This document shows positions 1-10,300 of a stretch of 64,000 bases of DNA, piece after piece. The notes beneath the pieces were generated by a model. It was not told the DNA's origin and ran no database searches. It saw only the letters and a program-made list of their open reading frames with translations. This stretch comes from Sphaerodactylus townsendi (lineage: Eukaryota), in assembly GCF_021028975.2 (NCBI RefSeq), contig NC_059427.1, positions 806,001 through 870,000 on the forward strand, written 5' to 3'. The position numbers and the translations under genes are program-made. How positions within the stretch are numbered: position 1 is the first letter of the stretch; each line of letters starts with the position of its first letter.

Positions 1-507
1 CAAGTTCTGCAGGATAAGGCGAGAAGCAATTGCTCCCCCCTCTTTTTTAACATCAAATTTAAAATCAATCACATGGCAGATTATTTGAGTTTACTCCAGG
101 AACCCAAGCGTAGATGGATAATCACTAGGGCTCGTTGTAACTCCTTCCCTTGCTCTATGCTACAAGGAAGGTTCCAAAGAATCAACCTGCAAGAGCGAAA
201 ATGTCCTCATTGTATCACAGCAATACAAACTATGGAACATATATTGCTTGACTGCCCCAAATACGAGGGATCTAGGACCAGACTTTTTGCTCTTTGTCCT
301 ATAATCTTTAATGAATACTCTGCTGTGGGGAAGACTACGTTTCTACTAAACAATTCTGCCTGCGAGATTTTAACTTTTGTAGCTAGGTTCCTTATAGAAA
401 CTTTGAAATGATTACCTGCGATGGTTCTCACGTATGGGATACTTGTTTGGACAATGTTGGGTGTTATATGGATTCTATGCCTAATAAAGGTTTATCTATC
501 TATCTAT
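1..507 (+). mobile_element. Non-LTR retrotransposon 3' end (ORF2 C-terminal zinc knuckle, AATAAA plus (TATC)n tail); clade uncertain
   Basis: ORF 73-411 contains ERKCPHC...[10 protein letters not shown] (CCHC motif), followed by aataaaggtt(tatc)n at about 484-507. Confidence 0.75.
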
Positions 508-589
508 CAATGATTTTTCAGCTGGTACTTGTACTATTGAAAGCCACCTTGTGTCCATTACTGGGGTGAAGAGAGTCCAGTTACAAATA

Positions 590-1330
590 CTCTGGGTCCC
601 AGTCTCTGCAGCAACAAAAAACAAGCTTGCTCCCTCTTCAACATGGCATCCCTTCAAATATCTAAACATGGCTATCATGTCACCTCTTAACCTTCTCTTC
701 ACCAAACTAAACACCCCAGCTCCCTGAGTCTGTAATCTTTGAGAACTCCTGGAGAACAGGAGAAGTCCCAGTGGACTGAAGGAGGGCTAATGTTATCCCC
801 ATCTTCAAAGGGGGGGAAGGAGGACCCTAATAGTTACCATCCAGTCAGCCTGGCATCAATACCAGGGAAGATTCTGGAGCAGATCATTAGACAGATGGTC
901 TGCCAGCACTTAGAAGGGTATACTGTGATCACAAAAAGTCAGCCTGGGTTTCTGAAAAGACTAATCTGAGATCTTTAGTCTAGAGAAGCATGACATGGTA
1001 GCCATGTTTAAATATTTGAAGGGATGCCATGTTGAAGAGGAAGTAAGTTTGTGTTTTGCTGCTCCAGAGACTAGGACCAGGAGTAACGGGTTCAAGGTGC
1101 AGGAAAAAGGATTCCATCTAAACATTAGGAAGAACTTCCTGACAGCCAGGGCTGTTCGACAGCGGAATTCACTGCCTTGGAGAGTGGTGGAGTCTCCTTC
1201 TTTTGAGGTTTTTAAACAGAGGCTGGACGGCCGACTGTCAGGAGTGCCTTGATTGTGTGTTCCTGCATCCCACGGGGGTTGGACTGGATGGCCCTTCCTT
1301 GGGGGTCTCTCTTCCCACTCTATGACTATC
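590..1330. mobile_element. Cluster of CR1 LINE fragments (about 593-730 minus; 731-960 and 975-1326 plus)
   Basis: CR1 ORF2 peptides [41 protein letters not shown] and [11 protein letters not shown]...[13 protein letters not shown]; CR1-type 3' tail. Confidence 0.85.
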
Positions 1331-1447
1331 CTCGCTTAGGGTCACCTGCAGAAGCACATAAACAAGCTGCGTCGGGGTTGTGTGTTCCAGTCCACCCCCA
1401 GAAGCCAAGTCAACAAAATGGCCACTGATGCCTGTCCCCTTACTCAC

Positions 1448-1468
1448 GGGAAACGGGTCTTCCGCCAT
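1448..1468 (-). CDS. KIFC1: Mirror copy of the KIFC1 start-codon exon (MAEDPFP) in the left arm
   Basis: Reverse complement of 7389-7409 with the same GTGAGT donor; any remainder of this copy would lie left of the window. Confidence 0.6.
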
Positions 1469-3294
1469 CCTGCTGCTGGACTGAAGCCTGTCCGGAGCCG
1501 CTTCCAATGACCTGTGCTGAGGAGAGAGGGGAGGCCAGTCAACACGGGAGGTGGGGGGGGGGGGCTGGAGGCTCCGTGGCCGGGGAGGGGGCCGGGGGTA
1601 AGAGTCACCAGGCTTTTGGGGTTGCCACCAGATCCAGGACGGGTTCCCTGGGAGGAGCCCGGTGCCCCCCCCCGCCTCCACTCCTCCCCGGGTCGGGGGG
1701 GTCCCTTCTGGGGGGGCGGGGGGCGTGACGTCCTTAGATCCAGTCAGGACAACCCGCAGAGGAAGGCTCTTCCCCTCCCCCGAAACTTTACCTATAAGGG
1801 GGAGGCTTCCTGTGACTGAGGCCGCCCCACCCCCCTCGCCGACAACCCGGTGAGGTAGGCCAGGCCGGGTGAGGGGGCGTCGGACTCAGTAGGCGTCGGA
1901 CTAACCCACACACACACACACACACACACACGCTAAGCGGGACGGCTTGAAGGCAGCTGACTCGCCCCTCCTTTATAGCCAATCCAGGCAGCCGAGGACT
2001 CTGCACATGCCCCGAGGAAGGGAGCGCCGCACCCACCGTTGCTCGCCGCCGCCGCCGCTCTCCCTCAACGCCCACAGGATTCAAACGCCGCCTTCCCGTC
2101 GGCCAGCGGGGCTCGGCGCTGCCTCACCCAATGGCATGCCGCGCCCCTTCGCAAGCGCGGCCAATCCGCGGACGGCCTCCAGGATGCCGGGCCCGCCCCC
2201 TTCCGAGGGGCGGCCCAATCGCCCTGCGGCGTCTCCTGGGCTGCTGCCAATCGGCGCCCGGCTGCCCCAGCTCGGGCCACGCCTCTCCCTCGGGCGCGCG
2301 CCCTCTCCGGCGGACGCGGCGTCCAGGCCAGGCAGGGGGCGGGGCTGAGCGAGGGGTGGGCGGGGTCAGGGGAGGCGGCGGCTGCCCAACCGGTGCAGCT
2401 TTCTTTCTTCCTCTCCCCCTTCCCCCGCGCCGAGCTTCACCGGTTGAACTCCCGCCCCTCCTTCCTCTCTGCCGAAGCAGCCCGCGGCGAAGGGGCAGCA
2501 GAAGGTCAGAGACTGGAGGGGGGTGGGGGGCAGGGAGGAGGAGGAGCCCCCCAGGAACGCCTGAAGGACGCTTCAAGGTGTGCGGGGTGGGGGTGGGGGG
2601 CGCAGCGTGACAGGTGTGCGTGGGCGGGGGGGCTGCAGAGGTTCTGGGGTGAGGGGGGGCTGTAGCGCTGCCTGGTCCTGCTGGCCTTGCGCCCCCCCCC
2701 CCCAATTTCCAGGGCAGGGAGAGATCGCCACCGCCCCCCCCCCCCGCGCGTCCGGGTCTCCCGGCAGGCGGGCAGGGGAGGGGGCGGTCGCGGGCAGGGC
2801 GCTATTGGGCGGGGGGGGGGGGCCTCCAGCCTCCAGGGCCGGCGTGTCTCGGCATCCCCCCTCGCTGCGCCCCGCTCTGGCTGCTGCGTCACTCGTCTCG
2901 GCTGGAGGATGGAGCCGCAGAGGGTCCCGCGCCCGCGCCTCTGAGCCGCCCCCCACCCCGCCCAGGGGGGAGCACGGCAGATCCCACCCCCCCCCCTGCA
3001 GGAAAGGCCCGGTGAGGGGGGGAGGCCGGTGGCCTGGGGGGCGCGGGAGGGACAAGCCGCCCCCCGCAACGGGGAGACCCCCCCTTCTAGCAGGAGCTGA
3101 AATTCCATGTAGCGGGCAGCGGAGGGTCCCAGCCCCCCCCCCCGGGGGTGTCCCGACCTCCCGGGTTCAGAGTCGGGGCTGGGGGTGTGTGTGCGTGGGG
3201 GGGGGGTTGTCGCCTCCCCCCCCCCCCACTGCCGGGGAGGGGGCTGACTGACGCCTGCTCCTCCTGCTTCCCGAGCCAGGCGGGGCGCAATGTG

Positions 3295-4138
3295 ATGGCG
3301 AGTGAGCCCCCCACCCCCCCGGCCCGAGTGACGACGCGCACGGCCGCCCGCCTGACCTCCGGCCCCTGGAAGCGCCCGGCCGCCGCGGCCCCCGCGCCCC
3401 CCTCGCCGGGCCCCAGCGCCGCCCCCGGCTGGCCCCGATTCTGGGAGGGCCAGGATGTCCTGGCGCGCTGGACAGACGGGCTCCTCTACCTGGGCACCAT
3501 TAAGAAGGTAGGACCCGCCCCTCGCCGAACCCCCCCCCCCACTCACACACAGGTGGCCAGACCCCTGCCCACTCTGCCTCCCCCTCACAGGTGGACCCCT
3601 TGCGGCAGGTGTGCCTGGTCCAGTTCGAGGACGACTCCCAGTTCCTGGTCCTCTGGAAGGACATCAACCCAGGTGGGTCGCCCCCCCACCCCCAATCCTG
3701 ACTGCTGCCTACCTGGCCTGAAGGTGGGGGCCAAGGCTGGGGAGGGGCTTCCTCAACCAGGAGTTGAACTAGGAGGCAGCAATTGTTTGCTGGGGGGGCA
3801 AGCAGAGAGGCATCTTCTGTGCCCACTTAATGCCCCCCCCCCCTTGCAGCCGCGGTGCCCGGGGAGGACTGCTCCTGCTGCGTCTGCCACCTGGACGACC
3901 TCAGCCCCGAGAACCGGCTGGTGAGGTGTGAGAAGTGCAGCCACGGTGAGTCTCCGGTCGGGGACCCCCCCCCACACACCCTAGCCGGAGGGTCCTGCTT
4001 CTCCTTTGATGCCCCTGTGCTCTCTCCCCCCCTCTCCCCAACCCCCTCACAGCTTACCACCAGGAATGCCACCTTCCCAAAGTGCTCGTGGAGGGCTCGT
4101 GGACGTGCAGGCAGTGTGTCTTCGCCGTGGCCACCAAG
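3295..4138 (+). CDS. PHF1: PHD finger protein 1 (Polycomb-like 1), 5' part (Tudor + PHD1), left-arm copy; exons 3295-3507, 3591-3672, 3850-3945, 4053-4138
   Basis: WEGQDVLARWTDGLLYLGTIKK|VDPLRQVCLVQFEDDSQFLVLWKDINP (Tudor) and CCVC..NRLVRCEKCSH|AYHQECH..WTCRQCVFAVATK (PHD1). GT-AG introns are in phase. Truncated at the N gap. Confidence 0.93.
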
Positions 4139-4398
4139 GTAGGCCGCCACCCCAGCTGCGGGGGGGGGGGACTCCTGGGCCACGGAAGGGGGGAGCTGGC
4201 ACTCCAAATGGGTTTTTTGGGGGGGTCTTCCAGATGTTGCCACTGAAAGCGTGTCTGTTTGTGGGGGGCTGGCCAGGCAAAAGTCAGCTGGGCCAACCAC
4301 GTTTCTGGGTGCCGCTGGGGAGAGCCTGCCGCCCACCGTGGAGTTTGGCCCGTGGCGCTGCTCAGCTGGCGCAGGAAGGGGCCCTTTGCATGGGGGGG

Positions 4399-4490
4399 NN
4401 NNNNNNNNNNNNNNNNNNNNNNNNNNNNNNNNNNNNNNNNNNNNNNNNNNNNNNNNNNNNNNNNNNNNNNNNNNNNNNNNNNNNNNNNNN
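4399..4490. other. Assembly gap (92 N) at the centre of the inverted duplication
   Basis: N run. Confidence 1.
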
Positions 4491-4758
4491 CCCCCCTGCC
4501 CCCCCATGCAAAGGGCCCCTTCCTGCGCCAGCTGAGCAGCGCCACGGGCCAAACTCCACGGTGGGCGGCAGGCTCTCCCCAGCGGCACCCAGAAACCTGG
4601 TTGGCCCAGCTGACTTTTGCCTGGCCAGCCCCCCACAAACAGACATGCTTTCAGTGGCAACATCTGGAAGACCCCCCCAAAAAACCCATTTGGAGTGCCA
4701 GCTCCCCCCTTCCGTGGCCCAGGAGTCCCCCCCCCCCGCAGCTGGGGTGGCGGCCTAC

Positions 4759-5617
4759 CTTGGTGGCCACGGCGAAGACACACTGCCTGCACGTCCACGA
4801 GCCCTCCACGAGCACTTTGGGAAGGTGGCATTCCTGGTGGTAAGCTGTGAGGGGGTTGGGGAGAGGGGGGGAGAGAGCACAGGGGCATCAAAGGAGAAGC
4901 AGGACCCTCCGGCTAGGGTGTGTGGGGGGGGGTCCCCGACCGGAGACTCACCGTGGCTGCACTTCTCACACCTCACCAGCCGGTTCTCGGGGCTGAGGTC
5001 GTCCAGGTGGCAGACGCAGCAAGAGCAGTCCTCCCCGGGCACCGCGGCTGCAAGGGGGGGGGGGATTAAGTGGGCACAGAAGATGCCTCTCTGCTTGCCC
5101 CCCCAGCAAACAATTGCTGCCTCCTAGTTCCACTCCTGGTTGAGGAAGCCCCTCCCCAGCCTTGGCCCCCACCTCCAGGCCAGGTAGGCAGCAGTCAGGA
5201 CTTGGGGGGGGGGGCGACCCACCTGGGTTGATGTCCTTCCAGAGGACCAGGAACTGGGAGTCGTCCTCGAACTGGACCAGGCACACCTGCCGCAAGGGGT
5301 CCACCTGTGAGGGGGAGGCAGAGTGGGCAGGGGTCCGGCCACCTGTGTGTGAGTGGGGGGGGGGTTCGGCGAGGGGAACTGGGGAGGCGGGGGGCGGGTC
5401 CTACCTTCTTGATGGTGCCCAGGTAGAGGAGCCCGTCTGTCCAGCGCGCCAGGACATCCTGGCCCTCCCAGAATCGGGGCCAGCCGGGGGCGGCGCTGGG
5501 GCCCGGCGAGGGGGGCGCGGGGGCCGCGGCGGCCGGGCGCTTCCAGGGGCCGGAGGTCAGGCGGGCGGCCGTGCGCGTCGTCACTCGGGCCGGGGGGGTG
5601 GGGGGCTCACTCGCCAT
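4759..5617 (-). CDS. PHF1: PHF1 5' part, right-arm copy; exons 5617-5405, 5304-5223, 5047-4952, 4844-4759
   Basis: Same exon lengths as the left copy (213, 82, 96, 86 nt). The coding differences I saw are synonymous (ATT/ATC, TCC/TCT). Confidence 0.93.
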
Positions 5618-6539
5618 CACATTGCGCCCCGCCTGGCTCGGGAAGCAGGAGGAGCAGGCGTCAGTCAGCCCCCTCCCCGGCAGTGGGGGGGGGCGACAAC
5701 CCCCCCCCCCACGCACACACACCCCCAACCCCGACTCTGAACCCGGGAGGTCGGGACACCCCCGGGGGTGGGCTGGGACCCTCCGCTGCCCGCTACATGG
5801 AATTTCAGCTCCTGCTAGAAGGGGGGGTCTCCCCGTTGCGGGGGGCGGCTTGTCCCTCCCGCTCCCCCCAGGCCACCGGCCTCCCCCCCTCACCGGGCCT
5901 TTCCTGCAGGGAGGGGGGTGGGATCTGCCGTGCTCCCCCCTGGGCGGGGTGGGGGGCGGCTCAGAGGCGCGGGCGCGGGACCCTCTGCGGCTCCATCCTC
6001 CAGCCGAGACGAGTGACGCAGCAGCCAGAGCGGGGCGCAGCGAGGGGGGATGCCGAGACACGCCGGCCCTGGAGGCTGGAGCCCCCCCCCCCCCCAATAG
6101 CGCCCTGCCCGCGACCGCCCCCTCCTCTGCCCGCCTGCCGGGAGACCCGGACGCGCGGGGGGGGGGGGGGGGGGGGGGATCTCTACCTGCCCTGGAAATG
6201 GGGGGGGGGGGGGCGCAAGGCCAGCAGGACCCGGCAGCGCTACAGCCCCCCCTCACCCCAGAACCTCTGCAGCCCCCCCGCCCACGCACACCTGTCACGC
6301 TGCGCCCCCCACCCCGCACACCTTGAAGCGTCCTTCAGGCGTTCCTGGGGGGCTCCTCCTCCTCCTCCCTGCCCCCCACCCCCCTCCAGTCTCTGACCTT
6401 CTGCTGCCCCTTCGCCGCGGGCTGCTTCGGCAGAGAGGAAGGAGGGGCGGGAGTTCAACCGGTGAAGCTCGGCGCGGGGGAAGGGGGAGAGGAAGAAAGA
6501 AAGCTGCACCGGTTGGGCAGCCGCCGCCTCCCCTAACCC

Positions 6540-6930
6540 CGCCCACCCCTCGCTCAGCCCCGCCCCCTGCCTGGCCTGGACGCCGCGTCCGCCGGAGAGG
6601 GCGCGCGCCCGGGGGAGAGGCGTGGCCCGAGCTGGGGCAGCCGGGCGCCGATTGGCAGCAGCCTAGGAGACGCCGCAGGGCGATTGGGCCGCCCCTCGGA
6701 AGGGGGCGGGCCCGGCATCCTGGAGGCCGTCCGCGGATTGGCCGCGCTTGCGGAGGGGCGCGGCATGCCATTGGGTGAGGCAGCGCCGTGCCCCGCTGGC
6801 CGACGGGAAGGCGGCGTTTGAATCGTGCGGGCGTTGAGGGAGAGCGGCGGCGGCGGCGAGCAACGGTGGGTGCGGCGCTCCCTCCCTCGGGGCATGTGCA
6901 GAGTCCTCGGCTGCCTGGATTGGCTATAAA
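6540..6930. promoter_or_regulatory. CpG-island bidirectional promoter of PHF1(-) and KIFC1(+) with CCAAT boxes and a CHR element (mirrored at about 1970-2350)
   Basis: ATTGG at 6651, 6683, 6737 and 6770; GC boxes; GGCGGCG-TTTGAA with CHR at 6817-6822; lies between the two divergent start exons. Confidence 0.75.
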
Positions 6931-7388
6931 GGAGGGGCGAGTCAGCTGCCTTCAAGCCGTCCCGCTTAGCGAGGGGGGGTCCTACTGAGTCCGACGCCCC
7001 CCTCACCCGGCCTGGCCTACCTCACCGGGTTGTCGGCGAGGGCGGTGGGGCGGCCTCAGTCACAGGAAGCCTCCCCCTTATAGGTAAAGTTTCGGGGAGG
7101 GGAAGAGCCTTCCTCTGCGGGTTGTCCTGACTGGATCTAAGGACGTCACGCCCCCCCCCCCCGAAGGGACCCCCCCGACCCGGGGAGGCGGGGGGGGCAC
7201 CGGGCTCCTCCCAGGGGACCCGTCCTGGATCTGGTGGCAACCCCAAAAGCCTGGTGACTCCTCTTACCCCCGGCCCCCTCCCCGGCCACGGAGCCTCCAG
7301 CCCCCCCCCCTCCCGTGTTGACTGGACTCCCCTCTCTCCTCAGCACAGGTCATTGGAAGCGGCTCCGGACAGGCTTCAGTCCAGCAGG

Positions 7389-10300
7389 ATGGCGGAAGAC
7401 CCGTTTCCCGTGAGTAAGGGGACAGACCTCAGTGGCCATTTTGTTGACTTGGCTTCTGGGGGTGGACTGGAACACACAACCCCGACGCAGCTTGTTTATG
7501 TGCTTCTGCAGGTGACCCTAAGCGAGGATAGTCATAGAGTGGGAAGAGACCCCCAAGGAAGGGCCATCCAGTCCAACCCCCATGGGATGCAGGAACACAC
7601 GATCAAGGCACTCCTGACAGACGGCCGTCCAGCCTCTGTTTAAAAACCTCAAAAGAAGGAGACTCCACCACTCTCCAAGGCAGTGAATCCCACTGTCGAA
7701 CAGCCCTGGCTGTCAGGAAGTTCTTCCTAATGTTTAGGTGGAATCCTTTTTCCTGTACCTTGAACCCATTACTCCTGGTCCTAGTCTCTGGAGCAGCAAA
7801 ACACAAACTTACTTCCTCTTCAACATGGCGTCCCTTCAAATATTTAAACATGGCTATCATGTCATGCTTCTCTAGACTAAAGATCTCAGATTAGTCTTTT
7901 CAGAAACCCATGCTGACTTTTTGTGATCACAGTATACCCTTCTAAGTGCTGGCAGACCATCTGTCTAATGATCTGCTCCAGAATCTTCCCTGGTATTGAT
8001 GCCAGGCTGACTGGATGGTAATTATTAGGGTCCTCCTTCCCCCCCTTTGAAGATGGGGATAACATTAGCCCTCCTCCAGTCCACTGGGACTTCTCCTGTT
8101 CTCCAGGAGTTCTCAAAGATTACAGACTCAGGGAGCTGGGGTGTTTAGTTTGGTGAAGAGAAGGTTAAGAGGTGACATGTTAGCCATGTTTAGATATTTG
8201 AAGGGATGCCAAGTTGAAGAGGGAGCAAGCTTGTTTTTTGCTGCTGCAGAGACTGGGACCCAGAGTATTTGTAACTGGACTCCCTTCACCCCAGTAATGG
8301 ACACAAGGTGGCTTTCAATAGTACAAGTACCAGTTGAAAAATCATTGATAGATAGATAGATAAACCTTTATTAGGCATAGAATCCATATAACACCCAACA
8401 TTGTCCAAACAAGTGTCCCATACATGAGAACCATCACAGGTAATTATTTCAAAGTTTCTATAAGGAACCTAGCTACAAAAGTTAAAATCTCGGAGGCAGA
8501 ATTGTTTAGTAGAAACGTAATCTTCCCTACAGCAGAGTATTCATTAAAGATTACAGGACAAAGAGCAAAAAGTCTGGTCCTAGATCCCTCGTATTTGGGG
8601 CAGTCAAGCAATATATGTTCCATAGTTTGTATTGCTGTGATACATTGAGGACATTTCCGCTCTTGCAGGGTGATTCTTTGGAACCTTCCTTGTAACATAG
8701 AGCAAGGGAAGGAGTTACTACGAGCCCTAGTGATTATCCATCTATGCTTGGGTTCCTGGAGTAAACTCAAATAATCTGCCATGTGATTGATTTTAAATTT
8801 GATGTTAAAAAAGAGGGGGGAGCAATTGCTTCTCACCTTGTCCTGCAGAACTTGAAACTCTTGATCTAGCAGTCGCCTTTTTAATTGAGAGAAGATTTCA
8901 GAAGCAGGCCGCATTTGCAAGGCTTCCCAGGAAAATCCCAGGGAAAGTATTTTAGTTTCCACTGTCCGCCACCACTTGGATTCATGAAGCTGGGGGAGGA
9001 TAAGATAGATGAGACTGTCAGTATCTGAGTTGAAGCACAGGCGGACCCAAAACTTCAAGGTTACCAGCCAGGCTTTCGTAGCCAGGAGATGTTGTCCCGC
9101 TTCCAGACAGAGTGTGGTATATGGAATACAATGTGGCACTCCAAATATTTTATATAGGAAAGCTGACTGAATCCTCTCAACTTTATGATTCCAAGCATGG
9201 GACCCAGAGTAATGGGCTCAAGGTGAAGGAAAAGAGATTCCACCTAAACATGAGGAAAAACTTCCTGCCAGTCAGGACTGTTGGACAATGGAATGCATTG
9301 CCTCAGAGTAGGGTCACGTCTCCTCCTTTGGAGGTTTTTAAAGAGAGGCTGGATGGCCGTCTGACAGGAGTGCTTTCGTTCTGTGTTTCTGCAATGCAAG
9401 GGTTGGACTCGATGGTCTCTTCCAGTTCTATGAATCAAAGTTATTTGCATATCCCAAATACTCTAAACATTATAAAACGTTTGCCTTCGCCCAGTTCAGT
9501 TCCCTCTCATCAGCTGTGTTGGGTGGGAGACCTTCCCACGTCCCTGGTGGCCTTCGCCTCTAGCCATGCCACACTCTGTACATTTGTGCAATTTTGTCTA
9601 AATATCCAGGCAGAACAATAACTCAGTACTTTATTTTGTATTTTAAACATTGCATATTACCTATATTGAGTGTCCCTTGATGCGATCCTTCTGGGCTACA
9701 TATCACCGCTGGGTTTGTTCTCTGATCTTGGATCATAATAAAAATTGAGTCCTTGATCCTGGTCTGACCTATTTTGGCTGGTTCGCCACGTGTGGTGGGA
9801 GGCACCCCAGGTAGGAAAACGGCCAGGTGAAGATGAACCTCTCAGCAGCTGCTGATTCTAACGTGAAGACGTTGCCTCACCACTTCTTGATCACGTTTCC
9901 GGTGTGTTCCCGCCCCCCCAGTTGCCCCTTACAGAACAGAAGGCAAACGTGGATGGTGCGCGACAACCCCAGCTGAAGCCCACCTCCCGTCTTCCTGTGG
10001 CTGGTTTGCGGCCAAAGCGCCCGGCCACCTGTGAGAATGAACCCCCCAGAGAGAACTGGGTAAGAAAGCAGGCCGGGGGGGTTGCAGGGTGAGCCTTGAC
10101 CCTTTTGTACAGACAAAGTTGCCCCCTGGCTGAGTCATCATCTTTTCTTGCTTTCTTCTAGAAACGTCCCCGGGAATCACTTGCTCCTCCCAGAAGAGGG
10201 GCTGCCTCACTTGCCATCTCCCAGCCCAAAGTGGCCCCAGCTGCCCCTGTGCTCCGTGGTCGGCGTGGGCCTGGTAAGCTGGGAAGGGGCTGGGGGGTGT

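Larger units (their letters stand above)
1..8854. repeat. Large inverted duplication: arm 1-4398, N gap 4399-4490, arm 4491-8854 (left arm may extend beyond the window)
   Basis: Position 1 caagttctgcagga is the reverse complement of 8841-8854. ORFs are mirrored (73..411/8444..9139, 995..1252/7603..7860, PHF1 exons). Arms differ by scattered SNPs and indels. Confidence 0.97.

Noticed and set aside
4340-4398. RRKGPFA resembling the next PHF1 exon (GGALKKGPYA)
   Set aside because: No suitable in-phase acceptor and poor match; treated as intron.
6919-6930. ATTGG-CTATAAA as the KIFC1 TATA box
   Set aside because: It lies downstream of the CHR and the putative exon-1 donor; cannot be assigned without start-site data.
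1500-7300. Many long Pro/Gly/Arg-rich ORFs in all frames (also around 12.4-13.6, 20.4-21.6, 34.6-36.0 and 44.5-45.8 kb)
   Set aside because: Stop-poor GC-rich sequence or antisense to real exons; no domain motifs.
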